This document shows positions 26,737 to 37,700 of a DNA stretch of 46,587 nt, one piece after another; position 1 is the first letter of the stretch; every line of letters begins with the position of its first letter. Origin of the DNA: a virus (Duplodnaviria > Caudoviricetes). Both the position numbers and the translations under genes were made by a program. The notes under the pieces were generated by a model that was not told the origin of the DNA, did no database searches, and saw only the letters and a list, made by a program, of their open reading frames with translations. The stretch is taken from positions 1 through 46,587 of the IMG/VR virus record IMGVR_UViG_3300042363_001419; one strand, given 5' to 3'.

Positions 26737-29190
26737 TTAGGTTCTGTATCTTACTATTACTATTCCGCTACCGCCATTTCCACCGGTTATGCCATAATAT
26801 TGGTAGTATCCACCACCGCCTCCACCGCCACCAGTGTTTGCAGTTCCAGCTTGTGGAACGGTTGGACTACCACTACCTCCTGCGCCTCCACCACCGATTC
26901 CACCAGGAGAAGCACTGGCACCAGCAGTAACACCGCCTCCACCGCCTCCAGCATAATAAGCTAGAGTACCTGAAATATCTGAACCAACACCAGGTCCGCC
27001 GAATCTTAATGAGAAATCATCTGAATTAGTTCCACCTGGACCTTTGGCTCCTCCTCCACCTGCTCCACCCCAATTTCCGGTTGGGCTGACTGTTCCGCCT
27101 GGATAACCTTGACCGGCTGTGCCTGAACCTGGCGAACTTATTAGAATATCATTACCTGAATAATATCCAGCGCCACCGCCTGATCCACCATTGCTTGCAA
27201 CACGGCTGCCGCTAGGTCGGCCGCTAAAACCATATCCTCCACCCAGCGCAGTGGTTATACCAAAAGTTGAGTTTGCACCATTCGTATTATTTGGGCTACC
27301 TATATCGTTAACTTGACTGCCGCTACCTCCTGCTCCAACAGTAACTGCATAGGCTCCAGGAGTTACGGTGTAGGCTTGATAAACAAGACCACCGCCACCG
27401 CCACCGCCCGCAGTAGAACCTCCACCGCCTCCGCCTCCAGCAACAACCAACACTTCAACTTGAGCGTATCCACCTGCAACATTGTTTACAGTGAATGTGC
27501 CGTCTCCAGTAAAGGTATGAATCTTATAACCATTAGCTGTGCTAATCGTTCCGCCGCTTGCATTGACTGGTTGGAAACGATCCCTATTAGAATTATAGAG
27601 ACCAACAATCTCTTCATGAGATAAAGCGACTGGCCAAATTTGAACACTCGCAACTGAACCATCTAAATAGAATCCGCCAGAACCAGTAGTTCCTCCACCA
27701 ATTACTAAAGCATTGCCATTATTCACGTTAACAATTGATGGGCTTGAGGTAATTGATTCGTAAACTCCATTAACGTAGAAGTAACCTTGACTTGGAGAAG
27801 CTCCAGCTTTTCTAACCATTACAACATGAGCCCATGTTCCACGTAGTCTAGCAAATGTATTACTACTCCAAATTTCAACAGCTGATGCACCATCTGCGGT
27901 TGACCATAAGAATTGTTCATAACCTGTATTATAATATAACGAGTATCCTGCATCGTATCCACCAGCTGGTTTCTTATTAACGATTCCTTTGTAATGGCCA
28001 GTATTGCCAGGTGCAGTTCCGATTTTTACCCATGCACTAATCGTAAAATCGCCAGTACCTAAGTTGGCAGTATTACCGAGAGAAATATAATCATCAACTC
28101 CGTCAAACACCCATTGGCCTTGATTATTCCCAAGATAGAAAGAAGTACTATTAACTAGTGAACCAATTTCGGTTTTGGTTTTTAAGTTAGCAACCTCGTA
28201 CTTGTCAAGACCTGATGTTGTACTATCAAATGATAAGATATTACCAGCATCTATTGCCATTACCAAATCGTCCGGTTTTGGCATATAACCGCCATAGTAA
28301 TTAAATTGAGACTGTGCTAGTGTAAGTGGTGAAGTGTATATTGCAAATTTCGAGATAAAACCTGCAGTGTTCCAAGCTCCGCCTCCAGCCCCTACATAAC
28401 TAAAAATATGGTTATCAAGCCAACCACTCAAGTCCACGTTCTTTGCTTCAAGCATGTGGAACCGATCATCATTCATAGGAGTTGGTGCAGTCGGTGAGCT
28501 AGAGGCTTGGGTATCGACATAATATGATGGGCTGCCTGCTGAACCACTGTACCAGCCTCCTCCATAATATGATGCCGCTAGATAATAACTTGTAGTCTGC
28601 CCGCTGAACCACAGAAGTTGGGGGTCAGTAGTTCGGGCCCATAGTACAACAGTTGCTGTACTGCCAGCTCCAAGATTTCCGCTAATTCGGATATCATCGT
28701 CACCTCCGTCAGTTACAAATGCAACATTATTATCAAGAGTTGGGCCATTTACTAAATCTGCATAGCCTTGTCCTGCTCCAATATTATAAAATTTAAGATC
28801 TTCTAGTGGATAACACCCAGTAAAGCTCGCGTCCAATACGACTTGAGCACCAGTGGTTATCATTGGCGGAAAATTCTTATTCATGACTAAAATAGTTGGA
28901 TGATTGGTTGCAACGTCATTCATTGCTTCAGATGGATAGCTATATGCTGTGCCAGTTAACTGCCTAAGTATGTAAACTAGGGCATCGTTTGTTGGTGCTC
29001 CAAAAATTATTGGAGTTCCACCATTTACCACCTTATACACAACGTACCCACCAGATGGAGGATTAATACCTGCATAGTATCCGCTTGCCGAGCTTGGTCC
29101 AAACTCAGTTGGTGAAACTGTAAACTGCACATTGCCCTTGCGTAAGGCTCCGTCCTGAGCTGTGGTTCCATATTTTATTCCATTTGCCAT
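26737..29190 (-). CDS. Fibre/receptor-binding-like protein: shared N-domain + 2 LamG/ConA domains + Gly-rich C-domain
   Basis: FDGVDDYI, FTISAWVK, W.HVV; YKIHTFT...VLVVAGGGGG...GGSGIVIVRY. Confidence 0.8.
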   Translation of the reverse strand: MANGIKYGTTAQDGALRKGNVQFTVSPTEFGPSSASGYYAGINPPSGGYVVYKVVNGGTPIIFGAPTNDALVYILRQLTGTAYSYPSEAMNDVATNHPTILVMNKNFPPMITTGAQVVLDASFTGCYPLEDLKFYNIGAGQGYADLVNGPTLDNNVAFVTDGGDDDIRISGNLGAGSTATVVLWARTTDPQLLWFSGQTTSYYLAASYYGGGWYSGSAGSPSYYVDTQASSSPTAPTPMNDDRFHMLEAKNVDLSGWLDNHIFSYVGAGGGAWNTAGFISKFAIYTSPLTLAQSQFNYYGGYMPKPDDLVMAIDAGNILSFDSTTSGLDKYEVANLKTKTEIGSLVNSTSFYLGNNQGQWVFDGVDDYISLGNTANLGTGDFTISAWVKIGTAPGNTGHYKGIVNKKPAGGYDAGYSLYYNTGYEQFLWSTADGASAVEIWSSNTFARLRGTWAHVVMVRKAGASPSQGYFYVNGVYESITSSPSIVNVNNGNALVIGGGTTGSGGFYLDGSVASVQIWPVALSHEEIVGLYNSNRDRFQPVNASGGTISTANGYKIHTFTGDGTFTVNNVAGGYAQVEVLVVAGGGGGGGSTAGGGGGGGLVYQAYTVTPGAYAVTVGAGGSGSQVNDIGSPNNTNGANSTFGITTALGGGYGFSGRPSGSRVASNGGSGGGAGYYSGNDILISSPGSGTAGQGYPGGTVSPTGNWGGAGGGGAKGPGGTNSDDFSLRFGGPGVGSDISGTLAYYAGGGGGGVTAGASASPGGIGGGGAGGSGSPTVPQAGTANTGGGGGGGGYYQYYGITGGNGGSGIVIVRYRT

Positions 29191-29210
29191 TTATTATCTT
29201 TATAATTTTA

Positions 29211-31430
29211 TTAGATGCCGTATCTACGTCTCAGGTAATTTGTGTTTTGTAAAACCTCAGCTTGTGTCAAGACTCTATCATATACTAATAGAGCACTAAG
29301 ATTACTATTACTGTATTCACTATTACCTGGACCATATCGACCTATTGAAAATCCATTAGGTCCCTGTGAACCTGCAATAGACGTAAAGGTTGAGGACCCA
29401 TTAATATACACTGCATAACTGTCACCACCTATATCTCCAGTAGCAGCCCATATTCTCCAACTGGTATCGCTTGCTCCTGCCGCGACTGATGAAACCCAGC
29501 CTTCGGCATAATAATTTCCAGTAGTGGTGGACCATAATCCTATTAACCAATTATTACTACGAGCCGATATTAATCGACCGCCAATACTGGCGTATCTACC
29601 TGCTCCCATTACTGTGTAATTGGTACTGGTTAAATTTGGAGATGGGGCATCCACGTAATCATTTGAACCGTCAAGCGTTAGTATTCCACCAGCATCTGAA
29701 CTGTAACCGACTCCATTTACTAATGTACCGTGATTGCCATGGCCTGAAATATCGTAAATTGTTGTACCTGAACCAGGATAAGACCGTAAATCGCCTGGAT
29801 CCCAGTGCATGATAAGACCCTCAGTTACATAGGTTGGTTCCTTGAATCGATAAGCTGTTTCAATATAGTTTTGGTAAACTTGGTCTGCATTAAGCGAACT
29901 GTCCTTGTAGATCATAACTGCTGCAATCTGGCCGTTGAATTGATTATTACCATAGGATCCATCGCCTGGACCCCACAGTGAACCAATAATATTAAGAGGA
30001 CCTGCTGTACTAGACACTCCAACTGAAGTATCAAGGATACCATCAATATAGAATGACATTTGACCTGCCTCATTTACCCAAGTTACATGATGCCATTTGC
30101 CGTCATTGACTCTTGCAAGACCGCCATTTGTTTGCCAAGCCCCATCATAGTTCCAGTACTCAAGTCGACCATCATAGATGGAGTACCCTAAATTAACTGG
30201 GCCGCCTGATGCGTTTGAAACAACTCCCATTCTGCCGTATAGTGTAGTTTTAATCCAGGCAGAAACGGTTGTGTTACTGCTATTGGTATTAACAACAGTA
30301 TTCATTCTTAACCAATCGTCAGCTCCATCCAATGATAGGATTCCACTGTTTTGTTCATAAAATCCAACTCCATTACGTAGAGTACAGTTAATCGTGTCCT
30401 TATCAACAAGGTTATAGACCGTATCACTTGTTTTTGGATAGCTAACCATATTGGAAAAATCATAGTATACGGTTAGTCCAGTTTGGTAAATATTTCCCTT
30501 GTAATAGTTTTGTTCAACCTCAGTATCAGTTAGGACCCGGTTATAAACTTGGAGTCCACTGATATAACCCGGCATGTTCTGGCCTATATACCAAGTGGCA
30601 GCTTGACCAGAAGGTGTTGAAGTATTATTTGGCCCGCCACCGGTGAAGTTTCTTGCATTTTTATAAATTGTTCTGAGGTTAGTTGAGTTCTTGAATCTCC
30701 AAGTTAAGTGGTGCCAACCAGTTCCTTGAATTGCGCTACTACCGTAAATATAATAATCGTTTGCACCACTATTTGCATAGAGTAATGGCGGACCGCCGTA
30801 CCAACTTGCAGAGACCCCGATATTTAAACCTTGAATCACGTAGTTGGGGCCACCACTTGAAGTGATATTCATAAATGCACAAACTGTCCATTCTTGTGTT
30901 AGGTTAGGCTGATTAAGTGGGTTACCAATTGCAACGTAATCGTCTACTCCATCAAACTGCATTGCGTAATTTGATACGACAACTCCATTTGCTAATCCGC
31001 CATTACCGCCAACTGAACCTCCAATATCATACCAAGTTGTTCCAGTTCTAACATTACTTGCGCAAAATTCTGCATCAAGATTAAGTACCATACCATCAGT
31101 TACAATATTTGGATAGTCTCTGTCAACAATTAGGTAATTTGCATCGCCCGCTGCCCATACCAATGCTGCAGCAACTGAGGTTATTGAAGAACCGCTTAGT
31201 TTGGTAGCAAAATTAGTAAGTTCAGCATCAGTATTTGCACAGTGCACCATTGATAAACCACCGGTAGCCACCTTGTAAATTGTCCAACCTGCATCAGGCG
31301 GAGTTATACCCTCATAAAAACCTGAGGTTGAGGTGGGTCCGTAATCTAGTCGGTTAACTCCAAGAGCAGCATTGCCTTGGCGAACCGTCCCTGTAACATT
31401 GGAACCAGAATATTTAATTAAGTTAGGCAA
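29211..31430 (-). CDS. Fibre/receptor-binding-like protein: shared N-domain + 3 LamG domains (TTG start)
   Basis: Three repeats of GL....D...SYP.SG.T.YD...DG.DD.....YNRVL...EV.QN. Confidence 0.8.
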   Translation of the reverse strand: MPNLIKYSGSNVTGTVRQGNAALGVNRLDYGPTSTSGFYEGITPPDAGWTIYKVATGGLSMVHCANTDAELTNFATKLSGSSITSVAAALVWAAGDANYLIVDRDYPNIVTDGMVLNLDAEFCASNVRTGTTWYDIGGSVGGNGGLANGVVVSNYAMQFDGVDDYVAIGNPLNQPNLTQEWTVCAFMNITSSGGPNYVIQGLNIGVSASWYGGPPLLYANSGANDYYIYGSSAIQGTGWHHLTWRFKNSTNLRTIYKNARNFTGGGPNNTSTPSGQAATWYIGQNMPGYISGLQVYNRVLTDTEVEQNYYKGNIYQTGLTVYYDFSNMVSYPKTSDTVYNLVDKDTINCTLRNGVGFYEQNSGILSLDGADDWLRMNTVVNTNSSNTTVSAWIKTTLYGRMGVVSNASGGPVNLGYSIYDGRLEYWNYDGAWQTNGGLARVNDGKWHHVTWVNEAGQMSFYIDGILDTSVGVSSTAGPLNIIGSLWGPGDGSYGNNQFNGQIAAVMIYKDSSLNADQVYQNYIETAYRFKEPTYVTEGLIMHWDPGDLRSYPGSGTTIYDISGHGNHGTLVNGVGYSSDAGGILTLDGSNDYVDAPSPNLTSTNYTVMGAGRYASIGGRLISARSNNWLIGLWSTTTGNYYAEGWVSSVAAGASDTSWRIWAATGDIGGDSYAVYINGSSTFTSIAGSQGPNGFSIGRYGPGNSEYSNSNLSALLVYDRVLTQAEVLQNTNYLRRRYGI

Positions 31431-31432
31431 GG

Positions 31433-31594
31433 TTAAGATTGCGTATTATTTTGTATCCATTCTTCGCATGCGACTCTGGTTACGCCAAAATAAACTGGAG
31501 CTCCATTAGAGTCTTTAACTATGAATGGCGGAAAGCTGCCACCAACCAGTCCTTGGTTTAGCGTGCTCACGTCTTGTTCTTCAATTGTATACAT
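31433..31594 (-). CDS. Small protein, 53 aa, between fibre genes
   Basis: MYTIEEQDV...ACEEWIQNNTQS read by hand; TAATG overlap with the upstream stop. Confidence 0.7.
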   Translation of the reverse strand: MYTIEEQDVSTLNQGLVGGSFPPFIVKDSNGAPVYFGVTRVACEEWIQNNTQS

Positions 31595-33192
31595 TACTTT
31601 CTTATTTTATTTGCAACAGCCTTAAAGTTTTCAATTATTTCAATTCCAGTTAAGGCTCTGTTGTATATTTGTAATTGGTGAATTCGGCTATAGCCAGCTT
31701 CAGTTGGGCCGTATACTCCAACATCACTAGTTCCGCCAGCGGCAGTCGAACCTAGCAAACCAGTCTGGCCGCTTGAACCTTGCTGAACACCATTGACCCA
31801 TAATGCTGCACCAGTTGAGCTGTTATAAGTTAATACTACATGTGCAATTTCATGTAGGTCCATTGTATAATAACCGCCAAGGTTACCCCAGCCGTTATTG
31901 GTAGTCGTTCCGTGCCAGCCAAGCAGCCCATCAGGATTTCCATAACCTGCACCAAAGTGGTATAGGATAAATGAGGCATTGACATTATATCCAGCATTCC
32001 ATTTGTTTACTGGATGAGTTGCATAGCCATTAAAATACGAGGTCTTTTCCAATAATAAACAAATTGTTATTTGGCTAATATCATTAAGGTATGAAATATC
32101 TGGTATTATATTACCTGAATACTCAATACTATTGTCAGTTAAGTTACGCCAGGCAGTTGAAGCTAATTCTGTCTTATGCGATACTGGATTATCTGAGTCT
32201 AGTGCAATCAATAAATCACTTGTGACTGTTTGGCCACGATAATAGAGATGAGAAACTTCTGCAGCAGATAAGACTCTATCATAACAATACATTGCTCTGA
32301 TCTCGCAAAGATCGGTTGTGTAATATGGAAACAGGAACATCGATGACGCACCTGCAGCCTTTGGACTTGAAACTCCACTTTCTGCAACCTCTACTCCATT
32401 AACATAGGATTTAGCAGTGCCGCCGTTCTTAGTTACACCAACAAAATACATGGTATTAATATCAAAATCAGACCCACCGTCCTTACCGAAATCGCAACCG
32501 GTATTTGAAGGATCATATCGCCAGTGAATTCGTCGTTGACTTGGGTATCTCCAAATTCCTGGGCTACGATCACTGCCGCTTGGTTCATAACCAAATATCT
32601 TTTCCCAACCGCCAGTCCAACCGTTAGGATAGGCTCCACTTGACTTAAACTGTAAAATAAAAAACAGGGAATGGTAATCAGTATTGAGTGCAGAAGAATA
32701 GGCATTACTTGCCATAGCCCCACTTGCAACATAGGTTGGGCCAGTTGCCATGTTTGCACCTGAGAAATGATAGCCATTGTTTGATAGATCGTAAACTGTA
32801 CTTGCGGTCTTGGGATAACACACGGTATTTCGTATGTCGAAACCAGTTACTAATTGAGAAGTGGGAATATCATTTAGTGATCGGCTAATGACTAGCAGGT
32901 CAGTTGTCACGTTTGCTTCAGCCAGAGCAGCTCCAATTGAACCGTATGATCCACCTAAAATATCTCCAATTAGTTTAATTGCTTCAGCATCATCATGAGC
33001 CGTGTATACTTTGGGTCCTCCAGATGAGATCATTCTGTAAATAATATACTCTCCCTCTCTTGGGGTTACACCAGTATAGAAACCAGTTGTTGAGGTGGGT
33101 CCATAATCAACCGCATTGACTGCGATTGCTGCATTACCCTTTCTTAATGTATTATTGACTGCAACAGTTGTGTACTTGATTCCGTTTGGCAT
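31594..33192 (-). CDS. Fibre/receptor-binding-like protein: shared N-domain + 2 LamG domains
   Basis: YVNGV, YDRVLSAAEV, HVVLTY, YNRALT; late promoter at 33213-33221. Confidence 0.8.
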   Translation of the reverse strand: MPNGIKYTTVAVNNTLRKGNAAIAVNAVDYGPTSTTGFYTGVTPREGEYIIYRMISSGGPKVYTAHDDAEAIKLIGDILGGSYGSIGAALAEANVTTDLLVISRSLNDIPTSQLVTGFDIRNTVCYPKTASTVYDLSNNGYHFSGANMATGPTYVASGAMASNAYSSALNTDYHSLFFILQFKSSGAYPNGWTGGWEKIFGYEPSGSDRSPGIWRYPSQRRIHWRYDPSNTGCDFGKDGGSDFDINTMYFVGVTKNGGTAKSYVNGVEVAESGVSSPKAAGASSMFLFPYYTTDLCEIRAMYCYDRVLSAAEVSHLYYRGQTVTSDLLIALDSDNPVSHKTELASTAWRNLTDNSIEYSGNIIPDISYLNDISQITICLLLEKTSYFNGYATHPVNKWNAGYNVNASFILYHFGAGYGNPDGLLGWHGTTTNNGWGNLGGYYTMDLHEIAHVVLTYNSSTGAALWVNGVQQGSSGQTGLLGSTAAGGTSDVGVYGPTEAGYSRIHQLQIYNRALTGIEIIENFKAVANKIRK

Positions 33193-33245
33193 GAGTTAAG
33201 AGTTTCTTCAAAGTTATTTATTCGCAGGGACCAAACCTAACAAAA

Positions 33246-33266
33246 AAGGACTCCATTGGAGTCCTT
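33246..33266 (-). terminator. Intrinsic terminator
   Basis: AAGGACTCC-ATT-GGAGTCCTT with a T-run on the minus strand. Confidence 0.75.
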
Positions 33267-33290
33267 CATCATAATTTATGACAGTATTAA

Positions 33291-33662
33291 TTACGGAGCA
33301 ACGGTTGTAGTTGTAGTAGTTTCAGCAGCTGTCGTAGTTGTAGTAGTTTCAGCAGCTGTCGTAGTTGTAGTAGTTTCAGCAGCTGTCGTAGTTGTAGTAG
33401 TTTCAGCAGCTGTCGTAGTTGTAGTAGTTGCAGCAGCAGTTGTAGTTGTCGTAGTTGCAGCAGCAGTCGTGGTAGTAGTTGTGATCTCTCCTCCACCGCC
33501 TCCACCAGATGCAGCAGCTACCGCTTGAGCAGCTTGATTGGCAACTTGACGAGCTTCCATGATATGCTTGTTGATTGCGAATTCTCGCATTTCTTCCTCG
33601 TATTTAAGACGAGCTAGTTTTTGTTCTGGGGTTTCATTACCCCAATTAACGAATTTATCCAT
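33291..33662 (-). CDS. Protein with mucin-like (T6AAE)n tail
   Basis: Helical N-terminus, SG6 hinge, seven Thr blocks; late-promoter variant at 33691-33700. Confidence 0.75.
   Translation of the reverse strand: MDKFVNWGNETPEQKLARLKYEEEMREFAINKHIMEARQVANQAAQAVAAASGGGGGGEITTTTTTAAATTTTTTAAATTTTTTAAETTTTTTAAETTTTTTAAETTTTTTAAETTTTTTVAP
33307..33483. repeat. 27-bp tandem repeat (4 exact + ~2.5 degenerate copies)
   Basis: gtagttgtagtagtttcagcagctgtc at 33307, 33334, 33361 and 33388. Confidence 0.92.
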
Positions 33663-33741
33663 TTGATACAGGTGCTTATTTTTGTACAGAGTTTATTTAT
33701 CTGAACTCATACCAATATTATACTAGCCAAAAGGGATTAGA

Positions 33742-34344
33742 TTAACCTAATAGGTCAGTAATTACTTCAGAAATTGCATCGTCCCAATCAGAGATTCGAG
33801 TCTTGCCCTTTTTCTCTGCAGCCAGAATTGTTTGCGGTACCTGCAAGCCAGCTTTGATGACTGCTTGGGCCCAGGCTTTGGGATCGTATTCTCTGGTTTT
33901 CTTGTAGAGTTCACGTGCAATATCGCCAGCTGGATCATCAGCGAATTCAATCACGATATTATCCTGTTTGAAACTTGCTGACAAGAAAGGATAGTCTTCC
34001 ATTGAGATCTCCCATTTAGCAGAGACTCCATTTTCTAAATCGGCCCAACCTTTAGAAGTTAGGTCAGACTCTTCAGCCTCCTTAACTGCCTTGACTCCAG
34101 CTTGACTAGCTAGCCAGCCACGGAAATCTTTGGGTTCTTCCTTTTTAGGCTCTTCAGGCGGCTCTTCCTGCTTAGGTGTAGTTTCTATTGGCTCCTCAAT
34201 CTTAGGCTCGTCAGCATCCTCTTGGTCAACTGGTTTTACATCCATCTGCTTAGGTGCAGATTGATGGCGCTCCTTGCGTCTTTCTTGACTAACAAGGTCT
34301 TCCATGTCCTGGAACCAGTTCTCAAATAGCTTGATGTGTTTCAT
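33742..34344 (-). CDS. Acidic late protein with capsid-targeting-like N-terminus
   Basis: MKHIKLFENWF start; late promoter at 34349-34357. Confidence 0.75.
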   Translation of the reverse strand: MKHIKLFENWFQDMEDLVSQERRKERHQSAPKQMDVKPVDQEDADEPKIEEPIETTPKQEEPPEEPKKEEPKDFRGWLASQAGVKAVKEAEESDLTSKGWADLENGVSAKWEISMEDYPFLSASFKQDNIVIEFADDPAGDIARELYKKTREYDPKAWAQAVIKAGLQVPQTILAAEKKGKTRISDWDDAISEVITDLLG

Positions 34345-34356
34345 TAAAGTTATTTA

Positions 34357-34740
34357 TTAGTCAACGACCGGATGAATTGGAGTTTCAGGTGGACATTCGA
34401 ATTTCTGACAGTAATCTCTCTTGTAGAGAGCTTGTGCATTACCAAACGTGTGTAGTTCAGAATTAGGTACTGGCCAAACCTCAGACGACTCAAAACTTGC
34501 AAGAGGTTCTTGACTCCAAAGAATATCAACCGCTGTCTTGGTTGACCAAGTCTCGCAAACCGGGATATCATGGCCAAGTTCAGATGGAGTGGTTGTCCAG
34601 CTCTCGCAAACTGGGCCAATTACCTGTACCGTTTCAGTAAAGGTTACGATAGGTTGATTAGAAACCGGGCTGGTGGTCTCAACTTTTATTTGATCTAATA
34701 GAGCAAGACTGCTCATCATGTACTTTCTGTAGTATTTCAT
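34357..34740 (-). CDS. Small fibre-associated protein
   Basis: Directly follows the 1254-aa gene; internal duplication PVCE.W.T; AVDILW...VWP...HTFG. Confidence 0.7.
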   Translation of the reverse strand: MKYYRKYMMSSLALLDQIKVETTSPVSNQPIVTFTETVQVIGPVCESWTTTPSELGHDIPVCETWSTKTAVDILWSQEPLASFESSEVWPVPNSELHTFGNAQALYKRDYCQKFECPPETPIHPVVD

Positions 34741-34757
34741 TATTGATTATTTGTTTT

Positions 34758-37700
34758 TTATATTAAATATCTTACTATTATAATTCCCGATCCGCCTTCA
34801 CCACCCTTATTATTCCAGTTATAGTGAGAGCCTCCTCCACCACCGCCTCCAGTATTTGCGCCACCGTTTCCGCCTGGTGCATTATTACCGAGTGCTCCAT
34901 TACCTGCGGCATTGCGGCCATTGGTATCGCCGTATCCAACAGTATTTCCATTTCCGCCAGCTGCGGCTCCACCGCCTCCGCCTTTTCCACCATCGCCGCC
35001 TTTGCTTCCAGAGTAACACGAGCCTCCGCCGCCACCGGCATACCAGTAAGGGCTAAGACTTGGAATGATTATACCTTCGCCGCCATGAGCAGCAGCCCCG
35101 CTTGGTGCAACATGGTTTGGCCCGCTAGTACCTCTAGCACCAGCGCCACCACCACCACCTGAGTAATGGTCGTCTGCTCCACTTGCTGGATTTCCGGAAT
35201 TACCGCCTGGATAACCTTGACCGGGTATGTTATTATTATCTACATAACGTTCTCCTCCATGGGTATAGGCTGAACAACCTCCGCCTGATCCACCAGTTCC
35301 GCCGTATCCGTAGTTAGGTAGATAACCATAATAAGAACTTGCACCATATCCTCCACCTCGGGTACTTAAACTACCAAACGTTGAGTCAGAACCGTTCGTT
35401 GCTGAGATTGTAAATTGGTGTCCTCCGGGTTGGGGTCCAGCTCCATCAGTTCGATATCCGCCGCCGCCTGCTGGTGCTCCAGCGCCACCAGCTCCAACAA
35501 TTACTGCAAGAGACAGATTTGCGGTTACTGGATAAGAAGTTGTGTAAATTAATCCACCAGCTCCACCGCCTCCGCCCATGTCCATTCCACCTCCACCGCC
35601 TCCAGCTACAACCATAACCTCAAGAGTTCCATTAAAGTTAGGAGTGAACACATCATCTCCAATAAAAGTATGAATCGCATAGGCTCCATCATAGGTTATG
35701 GTTCCGCCTGTTGCTGATCGTACAGTGGTTAATTTCTCAAGTTGAGAATTGGTAAGGCGAGAAGTATACAAACCAAACTGATGAGTATTATTTGACCAAG
35801 GATAGGCTGCAGTACTTCTTATTTCAGGTAAAGCTGTACTAAATGTAAAAGTACCTCCACTGGTAAATGTATTAACTCCATTTACGTATGCAACACTATC
35901 TCCGCTTTTATATGCAAATGCTGCTTTATATCTTTGACCTCTTACTAATGTATTTGAAATATCTGATTCAAATGGAACTGCTCCACTACCTACCACAAAT
36001 GCTCTAAGCGTATTATTCCCAATAGCTGGTTGATCCCAAGTATAAATACCTATCCGATTACCGCTAGTACCATATAGTGCAATTTCAGGATATGAAGCTC
36101 CTAAATCAGTCCATATAAAATCTACAAACATTGTTCCCTCAGTTTGTCCTATACTTGAAATAGCTGATGAATTATTAAAAATTTCAACAGGTCTGGTTAC
36201 GGCGGCTGATGTGGTTGGAATATATGAGGTTGGGAATAATACACTATCTTCACATTGCATTCCCCAAAGCCAAAAACAATCTCTACTATCACCGGTATAG
36301 TTTCCAGGGTCTCCATTATAAGTTCCAGCACCCACATAACATAAGTTTACAGCACTGGTAGGATCAATATAAGTACATCTATACCAACCATCTTTATATG
36401 GTTCAATTTGTGCTATAATATCACCGGATGCTGTACCTATAGTACCATTAGCTATATTAAACCAAACTGTAGGACCAGCATCCATTGTAAGCCATTCTCT
36501 ACCTCCTGGTTTATATTTGGCGAATATAGTCCATACTTTTGTAGATGCTGTACCTGTTCCGTGTTTGTAATATCTATGATAATTTGAATTAGCAGACTCA
36601 ACAAACAATGTTGCGTTTTGTGTTCCATCTGGAGAGATAGCATTGTTTGCTGTTAAAGAACACCCATCTACATTATATCCATTAGCAGCAACAATTGCTT
36701 GGCTATAAGTGTTAACATTTGTTCTCTGTGGTTCACTTAATAAAGCACCTCTACCATTTTGATAAGTTATACGAGGATAATTTAAACGGTCAGTTGTTGG
36801 TTGATAAGGTTTTGCAGTTGATCCTATATTAATCATACCTCCCCAAGTATAAAAACTACCAGCCGATTGTTGAGTTATCCCAGATTCATAATGAAATCCA
36901 ATATGCCAGTTTATAGCACCAGATGCTGGGCCGGTAAATGTACGAGATATTCTTGTCCACGTATCTGGGTTTAATCCATCCGCCCCACTTGTATATGATT
37001 GGCCGCCTATTGTATTCCAGTTTTGAGTATTATTAATAACAATTACGCAGTTTGTAGCAGTTCCTAATTTAACATACATTGATGCTGTATAAACTTGACC
37101 GGGAATAATACCATAGAAAGTTTTGTATGCGCCGGCTGGACTTCCATTAAACGTAGTACCAGTTACAGCAAGGCTAGGAGCTATAACCGAATTATCAGTT
37201 ATTGTTCCGCCATAATTATTCCAGCCAGCTGTTGCAAAGTATTCACTATATGTGTTTAAATTAGCAGGTGTCTGCTCAATGTAACCTTGTTGATTTACTC
37301 TGGTTCCGCCGTCTCCTCCGCTAAAGCTAAAGTCAGCACTTCCGTCTCCTGGAAAACTTGCAAGTATTTTGTCCTCATTGTATAAAACCAAGGTATCGTC
37401 GAAGTTTAGTAATAATGATGCAGTATTTACACCGTTTCCATAACTTGACTCGTACTGCTTGTAATTAGTATAGACCTCATCTGCACTTAAGTCTCGATTG
37501 TAAATTCTGACTGGTCCAATTTGGCCAGTGAATCTTAGATTTACGTTATTGGGATTCTCTCCAATTCTGGCAGTCATTCCATCCCAAATTGTAGTGCCTG
37601 ACCATACTCCGCCGTTCGGTGTAGAATTATTAAACACACCATCTATATAGATCGTAGCTTCAGACGGACCCCTAACACAAACGATTTGGTGCCATTGATC

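Noticed and set aside
33307-33483. CRISPR-like periodicity (also 7081-7209)
   Set aside because: Head-to-tail coding repeats with no unique spacers
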